Positions 13,884-26,540 of a DNA stretch of 64,000 nucleotides are shown one piece after another. The translations under genes were made by a program, and so were the position numbers. The notes under the pieces are model-generated. The model was not told the DNA's origin, made no database searches, and worked only from the letters and a program-made list of their open reading frames with translations. The number at the start of each line of letters is the position of its first letter. The stretch's first letter is position 1. This stretch comes from Nageia nagi (taxonomy: Eukaryota > Plantae > Pinophyta): contig JBITNC010000001.1 in NCBI GenBank assembly GCA_050084985.1, positions 154,008,001 through 154,072,000 on the forward strand. Direction: 5' to 3'.

Positions 13884-16800
13884 AAGCCTCACCTCTCGAA
13901 TTGCTTGCCCTCAAGCAATGGTAAGAAATAGCTATGAGTTGTCTTCCAAGAATCCTTTGGTGTCTTCAGCTACATCACTCCCTACTGGAAAATCATCCTG
14001 ATTTTGAATCCCTCTGACTATAGTGGGTCTTCAATGCTGAATAGTTCAGTGATCTGCAAACTCACAAATCGTCCATGGTGGTTTCTCCTCAGTATATGTT
14101 CATGCAAGAATCTCAACCATGGAACTGAGTGCGCTCCCACACTGAACTGTACGTACAATATCTTGCAAAAAATGATTGTCAGTACAAAAAGTATTAGGCC
14201 TAGGCCCATATCAGGATTTGTGGTGCTCCCATCGAGTGATTCCCCAATCTGCAATGTGGGGTTCCAGAACTCCCGAACATTCCGTATAGACATTTCTGCT
14301 TCCCCAATGCTCAACATGGGGTTCCCTCCTCCTTGGATACCCAACAAAACTACCTCTAATGACACCATGTCCAACGTGAGGTCCCAATCTCCTTGGACAC
14401 CGAATGTGACTATCCCAGATGGCCTCCTACCCAACATGGGGTCCCAACCTCCTTGGCCACCCAACATGGCTATCCTAGTCTTGTCCATGCTCAACGTGGG
14501 GTTTCTCCTCCTTTCTCCCTCAATGTGGCTATCTTGGTCCTACCCATGCTCAATGTGGGGATTTCTCCTCCTTGCACCCTCAACATAGCTACCCATTCTA
14601 TTTCCAATTCTGGTTCTACCAACTCTAGTCAGTTATTGGTTCTCTGCATGTCCTCATCTCGTAGACCTTGCAATGTGTATTCCACCCCATCCATCTCAAA
14701 CCTCATAGTAAGGTTTTGGTAATTGGTATGAATGTCACCCAACTCGAATAGCCATTGCACCCCTAAGACGATATGCAGGTGCCCCATGAGTGGATATAGG
14801 TAGTTCTCCATTATTACACAACCCTGTAATTTGACTTCTAGTCTCTCAACAATCCGATCCACCAATGTAGGCTTCCCATTAGCATTCGAAACTCAAAAGC
14901 CTTCAAAACCCTTGGTCTTCAAATCCTTTCTCTCTGCAAACTTGATGTCAATAAAATTGGGTGATGCCCTCGAATCTATCATCACCACGACATCTTGACC
15001 GCAAGCTTGCCCAATCAGCTTCATCGTCAGAAACTTCTTCACCCCATGAAGCAAAGCTACCATACTCCTCAGTGTTCCCTCTGTACATAGTAATCGAGTC
15101 ATCCTCTCCCTCATTTAGATCTAGTCCGATTCCTTTGTACTTTCCTCAGAAAACACTTCGATATAGTGCACTTGCCCTTTACCTATGCAACGATGTCTTG
15201 GTTCCCACTTCTTACAATGAAAGCACTTACCCTCTTGCCTCAGCTTCTTCCTAGTGGCTGCATCCAACTGATCTGATACAAGCATAGGGGGGCTTTGGCC
15301 TTACTAGGCCCTTCCCACATCCTCCGAATTGGTGGTGCTTTGTTGGCCGATCCTCCCCTAAGGGATTTCACGGTAGGCTCCAAGTCATACGTAGCTCGAA
15401 TGGCATCATCTAAGGTCTTAGGATATGAGACTTTGACCATACCCCTCAACGGTTCGAACAACCCCTCAATGAACAGGAACATAAGCCTCTCTTTTGGAAT
15501 ATGGTGGATCATCATTGCTAGTTTTTGAAAGTTAGTCATGAACTCATCCATCATCTTTGTCTGCCTCAAGGATTTCAGATCTTAGAAGTAATCGTTCTCT
15601 TTCATTTAATCAAATCTCTTCACCAGTCACCTAGTGAACTCCTCAAATGTGGTGATGTGGGCATAACCCTAGCTCACCATGCTATGACGCCACCACTCCA
15701 ATGCATCCCCCTCTAGATGTAAAGATGCAAAATTGATGGCTTTCTCCTCCAACATGTTGGGGTTCAAAATAAAGTACGTTTGCAATTGGTGCATCCAGGC
15801 TCTTGTCGTCATCTTCTTACCATCAAACATGGGTACTTTCATCTTATTGATCTTATGCTACATATTCCTTTTTCCATCCCACTGTCCTCCTGATTGATGT
15901 TAGCCATGTGAACCTCCCTTCAGCCCAAGCAACTCCAAATAACTGCTGAAATTGATGTTTTGCCTTACATCCGGATGCAACAAGTTGTAATCCTTGTGAT
16001 GCTTGTTTAGTTCCAATGGACCAGGTATCCTTGCTCTAGAGTCCTCTCCTTCTTTCGGTGCAAACATGGGCTTGTTCTTCCTAGGAATGATGGGCTGATC
16101 ATCCCTTCCTCCAACGTTGGCCTCCAGGTAGCGTTTTAGAAGGGGGTTTCTCCTGCTGTGGCATCCGCTATGATTGGGATCTCTAGAATTGTGTCACAAA
16201 TTGTTCCCTGGATCCTCGAATGAAGTCCCTATCCCTCATACTCTTGGATTTCCTCAACGAATGCTCCCCATCCATATGATCTCCCTCCAAAGACTCTCTG
16301 GAGTCATTCTCATCTTGTTGTGGGGGAGGGGTTTCCTCCTTGGTGTGACGTGGGGTTCTAAAACCCTCATTGTCTTGCCGTAACCCCTTCTGACCCTCAT
16401 TATGATTATGTGGGCCTTCATGACCTCCCCTATCACTTCGTTGGGATCTATAGCCCCTTTGAGGATGGTGTGGATCTAGATCTTCACTATCCTCCCCTTG
16501 TAGACCCACTGCCTCATCCCTAACCCTTCATCCATGCCTCCTATCTGAATCATACCATGAAGGCTTTGGATCATTCTAGACATGGCACCGTGCTCTTGGC
16601 TCGTCTTTACCCTTTTTCTTTGTTGATCTCTTGCCTCCATTTCCTCTTATTTGTCCCAATACTGATCCATTCTTTGCTCCAGGGATTGCATGGTTCCGAT
16701 CATACTATGCAGATATGAGATGAAAGCTCCAAACTACCATTCAGGTGTGCCATTTCGATTCTTCCTCCTATCAATCAGGGGTTCCTCTTGCATAGATTCC

Positions 16801-16987
16801 TCATACCCTTGAGCTAGGATTTTTGCCTCTTCTTCGATCCAATGTTTGGGCCCTTCTTCCTAATGGCCATCCTTAGATCTCCCACCCTTCCTGGCGGATG
16901 ACATCTCCTTCTTACTGGATCTGGTGTAGTAGTTGTGGATATTGGGCTCATACAATAGGCTGGCAAGATCCAGGCTCTAATACCACT

Positions 16988-18190
16988 TGTGATGACCTAA
17001 AATCACCCTCAATAAAAACAATTCCAACTAGGACATTCAAATCCTCAACCAATGATGCAAATACACCCATGTTGGGCCCTTAGGGAAGCCAAACCCACTA
17101 TAATGCAAGCATGAGCCTCCCAAGGCTTCCACGTGACCCCTAAACCCTGATGTCAACCATCTATGGCACTATCCAACACTTGGCACCTCAACGAATGCCT
17201 CACACAACTAAATACGCAATGCTTGAACACCCACGAATGTAATATAGATTGAACAACACAAGAACGAAGCTTCCAACACCAATATATAAGATACACAACA
17301 CATACAATAGACAACACAATGATGAGAAATGCAATATGTAATTTATTATGGTATGGAGATGGAGTAAAATGAGGATCTCAATAGATCAGATCTAGGGTTC
17401 CAAACCCTTACAAGCCAAACATACAAACAAGATTAGACTCACTCCCTTAGCTACCTAAATCCCATCCTACGAAGGAGTCTCCTCAAATATTGACAACCAT
17501 TGAAGGTAGAAGCTCATCCTTGGAATTCCATCGAATGGGATAGGTGACCCACCTAAGCCGTAGAATGTCAAGCTCCCAACCTTGCCACTCCTTTAGACCC
17601 AATCTAGGAATAATGCTCAGCGTTGTCAAGACTTGAATACCCAACCGAGTTCAGTATAGAAGTATAATCAATAGTTAACCTCATCATGGAGCTCCATCCT
17701 CAATATATAGCCTCTCGTGTCCATCTGTCATGCCTCGTTATCATCTCAAGCCAAGTGTAATCCAACATTGGGGTCAACAGGTCAACCATGCCAACATGGG
17801 GTCCCATGGGCCCAATATGTCAACTTGGGGTCATAAAGGCCCTCAAGGCTGACGTGGGATCTAATGAGCCTCTTAAGTTGACGTGGGGGTCCAAGTAGCC
17901 TCATAAGCCAACGTGGGGTATGTGGGGCCTTCCCAACACTGGTATGCTCCTCTATGCACTTTGGACTATACAAGACTCATGCCTATCTAGGGATTCCCAC
18001 AATCCGGGATAACCCATTACAATTAACACAACACTACTCAAGGAGAGACATCCCATTATTGGGCTCACAATGAGGTCTGCAAACCATAAGCTCCTGCTTG
18101 AGTTACACAAGTACAAAATGACCCTAAACAAACACTAGAATACAAAGTGACCATGATACATGTTATCATTGGTCAAAATGGGATGTCACA
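16988..18190 (-). repeat. 5' LTR of element B (1203 bp)
   Basis: Adjacent to the PBS and co-linear with 12652-13883. Confidence 0.9.
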
Positions 18191-19215
18191 ACTGATGTGC
18201 AAAGATGAACATTGTTGTAGATACGTTGTAGAACAACCACACTCTACCAGATCTATGGATGCCACATTGAAGAGCTTCCTCACATGCTAGCTCCCCCCGA
18301 AAAGAATAGATGCGATTTTGAAATGCCATCGGATGGATTCAAAGGTGCAAACCGCTATGGATTCCTCAAGGTAGGGCAACCTCACAGCATGAACATTCAC
18401 CTCAATTGCTAGTTAGAAGGTGTTCTAAGCCTCTTGGACTCTCCCTAGTCTAAACATCCAAGGGTGCTTAATGCTGCCAAGACTTGAGAAGCTTAGAAGA
18501 GTTAAAGGGGATTCAATATCAAATTCAACATATCTTTGCAATGATGCTCCAATGCCTTATATAACACATCCTGAATTTGGATCTCATCTAGGAGTCATCA
18601 CCCAACTCCTTTAATCCTACATTAGCCTCCTGGAGGATTCAAAATGTACAACGTGGGTGCTTAGGGATCATGCATGCTCAACATGGATGTCCAAGGGTCA
18701 TAAATGCCAACATGGGGTCTAGAGTGCCACACATGCCTAATGTGGGTCTGGGAATCATGTGTGGGTGCTTAGGTGTCATCATGGGCCAACACGGGGGTCT
18801 AGAGTGCCACACATGCCTAATGTGGGTCTAGGAGTCATGCGTGGGTGCTCTGGTGTCATCAGGGGCCAACGTGGGGGTTTAGGAGGTCTCTCCAAGGTTG
18901 CCACAAGTGTACAAGTGCTCCCAAGTCCAACATTGGGGCTATAAGTGATTATCCATGCTTATGTGCCATCCTAGGTGCTATAAAAGACTTGGTATTCCCA
19001 CAATTAATTATTTAAGATCTCCAAGTGCACAAATAAATAATAATAACTCATCCTAAGCTTGGGAGGAAAATGTCCCTCTTTGGGACTCACAATGTGGGTC
19101 CAATGGACCATTATATTTTGATACCAAGTAACTAATAATGAAAAAACAAAATATTTACAAAGGGAACACCTAGGATCCCAAATTTACTTATTTTTGTTCA
19201 AAAAAGGATGTTACA

Positions 19216-20236
19216 AAAGCCCAAGACTTCAAAATGCTCAACCAAGACTCCCAAAGGTTGGCATTAGACTCAAGATGGCTACCAAGGTTGACATAAGTCT
19301 CAAGATGGCTCTAAGATCCTAGTGCTAGGGATAGAAGGTTTCCAAGGCTGGCACAAACTCTCCAAGTTAGTGTAAATCCGATTTGGCACCTTTTAGGCAA
19401 GGAAGCAGCCCTAGTCCTTAGAAAGAAGAGAAGGGAGTGACTCCAACTCCGAGATGATCCAAGAACAAATGCAAACTAATGATGTCTTCTTATGATCACA
19501 TGTCTTGCTTATATAGATGTCCAAACTTGTAAATAATGTCTTCCAAGGCTGCCCAACTAGGAGGGAGAAATAATTGAAATATAAAATGGCTCCTATGTCT
19601 CCCCAAGATGGCCTACTAAGTGTGGAGGCATAATCACTTAAAATGGACCTTTTATTTGGCCCAAACAAATACATAATTGGTTCTTATTGATTGTTTCCCT
19701 TTGAGGCACAAGTTTAAATATTAAATACATAATTTGACAAATTAAAAACTCCTAATCTAAGTACTAAAAGTCAAAGTGAAGAAGCATGAGAGATGATGTC
19801 TAGATTTTCCAAATTGGATGCATTATAGAGTGTGCAAAGATGCCTCCAACCATGCGTCCACCTCTCTAAATAGTTGGACGTCTCCCCTAGGGGCTAGACA
19901 TCTCACCTAGGGATGCTCCTCTTGCACCTTGTGATCTCCAAACTTGGAAGTTGCACCCTTGGGCTCATGACTCAACTCCGGGATCTACAAAATCACTCCT
20001 AGATGTCATAAAATATTCCTAATTTACTCAAGGAGGGAAACGTCTCATTGGGGCTCACAATTTGATGCATGGGACCCATAACTTTCCTATTCTTGAGATT
20101 TAAAGTAAATAATAAATTATGCCTACTCTTAACTAAAAGAGGAGCTTACAAATAAAATATTTCCTAAATTACAAATGAATTCTCATAAATACAAAAATAT
20201 ATTTTAATTGTGCAATTTCCATTTTGGGACATTGCA
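19216..20236. mobile_element. Older LTR-like remnant forming the outer layer of the nest (probably continuous with 11543-12275)
   Basis: Ends GGGACATTGCA, an LTR-terminus-like motif, at 20236 where unique intron-like sequence begins. Carries the GGGCTCACA motif seen near the other LTR ends. Confidence 0.4.
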
Positions 20237-21302
20237 GGTGGTGCCAAAGGCCATGTCCACATTGGCAATGGAAATTACATAGATCTATGTTTACATTCTG
20301 CACACCAACTTTTATTAACCTTCACCCTTGTACAACATACACCAGTATGAGCATTTATAACCAGATTTTATAGCTGTGCTGATCAAACTGATATGGGAAA
20401 ATTCTCTCCATGTCAATTTTAAAGATGTGAAGTTCTAGCTGTGATAAAATACAGTGGGTTCAATTCAGAAGCTAAAAACAACTATGTATGCATGCAGTGG
20501 AAATTAAATTTTAAAGGAATGTTGGTCATCCTTGACAGATGAGTCATGGTATGGTGAAATTAATAACAAAATTGATCTCAAATTGACAAAGAAATCTCCA
20601 GTGTGACTCTGTGACTCTCAGATGCATATCTATCTACTAAGAAATTTGGTGCAAGTGGACCTTACTAGCACTTCAATTGTAGAGGATGTTTAAGAATGTG
20701 AAAAATGTTGGACTTTATAATAATATACTGGACATGATTTCCAGAAGGCATTACATATCTTAACTCACAGTAATTATGAATCTCATCTAAGCTTTCAACA
20801 TAATGTGTTTTTGTCATCTGCATTCTGTGTAACCATTCAAATATTCAATTGGAAATGCAAGGTTATGAATTAACTGTTGTGTTGGTATGTGTTTTCAAAG
20901 TTCAACAATAGTTGATAATTTGATGCTTCTTATGTGTAACTATTTGTTATTAATGCTTCCTGTGTGATAGTGCTAATTTTGCATGAAATTTTGGATGAGC
21001 ATTCTCTGATAAACTAGGTCTTGCTATCTTTCAAATATGTGCTATTCATTTAAGCATCTTGCTTTTGTCTTTCGTAGTTATTGTATTTTCGCTTGAGATC
21101 TGTGCTCTGCTACCCATTTTATTTTATTTGAATTATTCATAAAGTTTGATATGTTTAGTCTCTACTTTCATTGTGTATTGTAATACAGCAGCTGACATTT
21201 CCACCTTCTATGAGTGGGAACAAATTGCACATCTTGCATTGCCCAACCAAACTGACATTTTCTTTTGTTTTGCATGGCCCAACCAAACTGACATATGGCC
21301 AG

Positions 21303-21411
21303 ATAATCTCCCTATGGAAACCAAGTTATTCAATAGAATGCGACATTTTGAGGAATTGCTACGAAGCTTTTGCTTTGTATTCTTTTGGTAACTATTTAAT
21401 TGCTTGTTTAG
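21303..21411 (+). CDS. TMEM184/DUF300 (organic solute transporter alpha family, LAZ1-homolog-like), internal exon a (109 bp)
   Basis: ag|IISLWKPSYSIECDILRNCYEAFALYSFGNYLIACL-G|gtaaga. Contains the family hallmark R.CYEAF..Y.F..YL..CLGG. Phase 1 end matches the next exon. Confidence 0.9.
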
Positions 21412-22659
21412 GTAAGAGTTATCTATTAAATATTCCCTCTTTTCTGGATGCTTGTAGTCAGCTTGGTATATGGAGATAATATAGTTTGTTGGTTTCATTA
21501 AGCTTTCCGTTAGCTGCAACAAATATTTTACTGTTTATTTGTTAGTGAGTTTGTTTTAGCCTTTCATTAGTGAGATATCAATATGCATAGAATCTTGGCT
21601 TTATTATTCTTCTGGAATGATATGGTAAGTATGATATTCTTTTAGAATGAGATGGTAAATAATAAATATCTTCTTTTTTCTAAATGGAAATGATAAATAG
21701 TTGCACTTATAATCATCTAATAACAATGATAAGGCAGAGGCTTCTTGAGACTGTCCTTATCTTTATTAATTCTCATTTAACTGGATGCTTTCGTGCTGGC
21801 TATCATCTTCCGATGCTCTCACTTCTTCATCTGGTAATCCTAATCATGAAAACTGATGTATCATGCATTTGCATCATCCAACCTAAGGTGATCTTCCTTA
21901 TCATCGTGTGTGTCCATTTTTAGGCATTGTTTTTCATAGATGTATTTGTAACTAAGCTTTCTTAAAAACATTTTAAAAAAGGATCATTCCCTTCCTTATT
22001 TGTTGGTTACAAGAATAAATCCTATTTATAATAAACTTGGAGTCCAAATTAAAAGTAGAGCAAGTTGTATGGATTACATGCCTCCCAATGCTTTAGTCCG
22101 TTTTACTTTGTAGAATAAGAGTAGTACATTTCATAATTGGTAAATGAAGGTGTGAATTCTTGTTAGAAACAGTTGCAATAGTGCTGGTATGGGAAGCAGT
22201 TGAAGCAGATGATGTTATGACTTATAAGCTAGCCTGCATGAAGCTTTTGCATTCTATTTCATATAAAGCCCATGAAGAGTTTAGTAAATGATCAATGTAT
22301 CTTGTGAGTTGGATTGGCTTTATACACAGGAGTTTTATCAAGCACAAATTACGAAAAATACCACATGTAGATATTCTAGCTGATTTTATTAAAATTGAAT
22401 AGGTAGCAGAAACTGGGAAGTGATTTCTGCATAGCAAAGACAAGGTCCACTCTTCACCCTGTGAAGAGAAATATCTGACTATTAGGAAGTATTAAAAAAA
22501 TAATAGCATACTGTTGTGCTGCACAACACACCTCAAGATGCAGCATTTTGGGGATCCTATTTTTTGCAAGGGCAATGAGGTGCATTGCCTTGAGATTGGC
22601 TTTTGGTGACGGATAGTTCATTCTAAAGAGTGCAAACATGATATTAGGGAGTGATTCAA

Positions 22660-25650
22660 GGAGATCATGCGACGAAGACACTGAAGAGTATCAAAGTATC
22701 CAATTGCCAATTTTGCGGCTAAGGAGCCAGGATCTGAGAGCTACTTACAGAGCACAAATTTTTGGCTTTAGAATGAGATCAGCAGAGATGGGGTCGTTTT
22801 CTATTAGTTTTGAGCCCGAAAAAGGCGAGCATGGCCAAAAGGTGCATTTTTGTCAAGTTTGAGCCTAAAGAGCCAAAAAATGGTCAGTAGCACAAAAAAG
22901 CACATTTTGATCAATTTTGAGCCCAGAAGTGGTCAGTATGGTAAAAATGTGTTTTTGCACAGTTTGAGCCCAGAATGCTCGAAAATGACAAAAAATGCAA
23001 AGTTGAGTTCCAAGTGCTCAGAAATGCCCAGAAATGATTGTTTTTGCACATCTTGAGTTTGGAAAGGTCGAAAATGTAGACTTTGAGCTCGAAATGCCCG
23101 AAATGATCATTTTTTTACCATTTGAACTCGAAAATGTTTGGAAATGGTCAAAAATGCATACTTTGAGCCTGAAAATGCCGAAAATGGTCGGAATTGCACC
23201 GTTTGGGGCTGTAAAAGATGAGAAAGATCGGGAATGTACAGTATAGATTGGAATGGATTAGGAAAGTAAGTTTGAGCATCCTTAGGGGATGAAATAAAAA
23301 CATTAAAGTTTTTGGCATCCAAGAAGCTTCGAGTTGAGCCTAGAAAAATAAGTTTTTCCAAAATGCTCAAAATGAATATCCGAGAGAAAGGTGTGATGCC
23401 AAATAATAAATTAAGGCAATTTTGCTCTTGGAAATTTCGAAAAAACTCAAGTTTTTCCCTCCAAAAAGTTAGGGGGAATTTTTCAAGTCTTCCCTCACTT
23501 CACCAAATCTCGAAAATGGTCTAAAACCTTCAAAACTTATGCATACCTTTTGGGAGGCCCAGATTGAGTCAAAAGTGGAATTTTTGAGCTTGGGAGCATG
23601 GAGATTGCGATTCTACATCAAATTGTTCTTTCAAGTTCGCAATTTCGATGAGTTTCGCTCCACCAAAAGTGGAAAAAACAGGAAAATGAGCAAAAATGAC
23701 AGCCAATAGGAATTCTTCAAATTTTCCAAAATTTCAAAAATGTCAAAATGAAAATCTAAGAGAAAGGTGTGATGCCAAATCCAATTTTTGGCACCTTTGC
23801 TTTCAAAATTTTTGAAAAAAGAAACAAATACCCCTCAAAAAGCTAGGCGTAGGTTTTACCTCTTTTCCCTTATTTGGCCGAATTTCGAAAATGGTCTATT
23901 CCTCCTAAAACCTGCGCCTACCCTTCTTGCACCCTAAAATTGCAAAAAATTGAGATTTTTGATCTCCATGGGGTGTAGGATGGCATTTCACACAAGTTTA
24001 ATGATTTGAGTTTTCCAAAAAAATGAGATCTACTTCCTCAAATCATCAAAATTTGATCAGCCAATGAGAGAGCTCTAAAATTTTTTAAATTTCCAAAGTT
24101 GGCTAAATCAAAATAGAAGAAAGAGGTAGGGTAGAAAATCCCAATTGAAGCAACATTGCCTTTTGCAATTTTGCAAAACAATCAAATTTTGCCCCTCAAA
24201 AACCTAGGCGACAGTTTTGGGTGATTTCCCTCAACTTTTCAAACTTCCAAACTTGCTTAAATGTCCTAAAACCTATGCCTAGCTTGGGAGTGCCTATTTG
24301 TGCTCAAAAATCAAAATTTTTGACCCTAGGAGCATGGGAAACCCAATTTTGAACGAGTATCATGTTTTAAGTTTTTGGAAAAAAGTGGATCTACTTCCTC
24401 AAAATCACAAAATTTGGATCAGCCAATGGGAGAGCTTCAAAATTTTCCAAAATTGTCAAAATCAAAATTGGGCCATTTCACCAAAGTTCTCAACTTGCCC
24501 AAAAGTCCCAAAACCTGCATCACGCATCAAGAGGGTTTAAAATTTGTCAAAAGTGGAGTTTGTGAGCCTCATGGGGTGTAAATTGATTTGAGTACTCATT
24601 TTCCTTGTGAAGAAAAGTGATTTGGGCCCAAAAAAAGTGAAAAAAAACAGAAAAAAATTCTCAAGATCCAAGATCTAAAGGCTGAAAATCTTCACCTTTT
24701 TTCAGAAAAAAAAATAAATTGGAGATCATGTGTGGAATAAGGATTCAAGCACTTTGGCCTTTGAAATTTTTGAAAAAAGAGGAAAATCATGCCCAGAATG
24801 CCTAGGCACTCATTTTCCAAGTTTTCCCACCTTTGGCTTTCATCATCTCAAAACTTCCCAAAAAGCTTAAAATCCCATCCTTCATCCATCCATGGGGTCA
24901 ATTCCACTTTTTAAATTTTTTTCAAATTTCGGACCCCCCATCTCTTTTGAAAAATACATCAAAAATTCACTTTTTCAGAAAAGTTTCTAAGAATTCCTTC
25001 AAAATTTGCCAAAACAATCAAATCAAGGGCAAATCAAAATTGAAGAAACGAGCTCAAAAGATTGATGAGCAGATCCAGAACAGCGATTTGATACTCCAAA
25101 TTTTATCAAATTGATGCAAAATGCCTCAAAATCCATGTCAAAAGGCATCAATTTTTGTAAATATTTTATTTCAAGCATATTTTAGTGGGATGAGTATTGT
25201 TCTCCCACTAAATGATATTGTAATCTCAATTTAGCATTTAAATTAGCATTTTAGCATTTTTCTAGAAATTAGGGCAACACTTGAAAATTTGACCTAATTT
25301 TGCCTATAAATAAGAGGCATGGGTCTCATTTTCACGAGAGCTCATTTTGTGAAAAAAGTGAAACTTTTGCAAAAGAGGAGCAAATTGATGTATCTTTGCA
25401 CAACTCTTTTCTAAGTTAATACAAAGTGGTTAAGGCAAAGATCGAGCTTGTTTATCCATTTATGGTGTTGTGAATTATTTCTTAAGAATTATCATCGTTC
25501 GTTTGACACTTTTTCATCCTTCCTTTGAAAACTTGCGAGTTTTAGGGAATGTATCATTGCTTTATCCTTTAAAGTATTGGAAATCAATCTTTGATAGTTG
25601 CTTGGTTTATGACATGCATGTTAGATGAAGTATACTGAATTTATTTCCTA
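22660..25650. mobile_element. Long LTR-like repeat with ~45-bp and ~360-375-bp degenerate subrepeats, inside the LAZ1-like intron
   Basis: TTTGAGC(C/T) recurs every ~40-55 bp over 22800-23200. AGAGAAAGGTGTGATGCCAAAT occurs at 23383 and 23759, CAGCCAAT at 23700, 24058 and 24420. TATA-like TATAAATA at ~25305. Boundaries are approximate. Confidence 0.5.
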
Positions 25651-25996
25651 TTGTATGACATCAAACAAGAGATTTACATCTAAACTCTTGTTCTTCCCAT
25701 GTTCTTCCACCATGTCCATTTGGTTGCATTGATCTTGCTTGCAAAGTACCAAAAATTGGCATTCCTACCCACTCCTCTTTGGAACAACTCGAACATAGTT
25801 TTTTGTTCGCAAAGCTTGATGAATTGGATGAAATCCCTAAGCTGATCTGAAAAGGATGAACTTTTTAGACAATGCTTTATCGTGGTGACCAGTTTTGGTA
25901 TCTGACCAAGTATTCGTTTCCGTTTCACATGTGTAGTCTCTCAGTTTCCAGTATTTTATTTATGCTTTCTTTATGCTCCATTTATGCTTTCAAACC

Positions 25997-26540
25997 CATG
26001 GTAGATGGCGGTGCAGTAGAAAATGTCATGCCATATGAAACATGTAAGAAGCTCAAACTACTAATAGTGGAAATCCCTAAAAAGGTTACCCAATTAGATA
26101 AATCGGAAGTCAAGGTTATTGGTATGGTGATGGATGAGCACATTCAGATTGCTGCCAACCATCGTATTGTACAATACATCGATATACAAATAGTGGATAT
26201 TCCAGAGTATTACAGGCTGATATTGGCAAGAGATTGGTCGAGTACCTTGAATGGGTACATCACCATAGACTACTCTCATATATGGTTACCATGGACAGGA
26301 GTAGCAAACCAAATCTGGATTGAATGAGAGCCAAGGTTGAAAGAGATGATAATTGAATACAACAACCTCAATGAAGTTTTGGTTACTCAACAAGACATGG
26401 GAGTCTATTCATTCAATGTGAACAAGCCTACAAATGAAGTATCTAAGGCTTACAACCCTAGACACACTGTGAAAGAGCAATGTGGGCACTCAAGAGGGAT
26501 AATTCAAAATCCAAGCATCATGCAAGTAAGGATCTAGCAT
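25997..26540 (+). mobile_element. Gypsy (Tat-like) aspartic protease fragment
   Basis: MVDGGAVENVMPYETCKKLKL..VTQLDKSEVKVIG..IQIAANHRIVQYIDIQIVDIP aligns by eye with the protease at 850-1170. Confidence 0.8.

Larger units (their letters stand above)
12652..18190 (-). mobile_element. Complete non-autonomous Ty3/gypsy LTR retrotransposon B (gag + protease, no RT/RH/INT)
   Basis: LTRs 12652-13883 and 16988-18190. Perfect TSD ACTGA at 12647-12651 and 18191-18195. PBS TGGTATTAGAGC at 16974-16985 (minus) and PPT at 13884-13897. Gag and protease (VMIDSRASPNFI) fragments are co-linear with element A. Confidence 0.93.
12276..19215. mobile_element. Solo LTR C (~1.4 kb) split by element B
   Basis: Termini TGTAAAATCC (12276) and GGATGTTACA (19215) form a 9/10 inverted match. 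Flanks AGAGC / AAAGC give a 4/5 TSD. The body has the same CAAC(A/G)TGGG subrepeats as the other LTRs. Confidence 0.6.

Noticed and set aside
14004-14722. + strand ORFs of 194 and 109 aa as independent genes
   Set aside because: They are antisense shadows of the 60-bp repeat region inside element B. The frame conserved between A and B is on the minus strand.
22800-23200. Regularly spaced short repeats resembling a CRISPR array (also 30740-31400 and 50460-51120)
   Set aside because: Eukaryotic context, degenerate units without unique spacers, and no cas genes.
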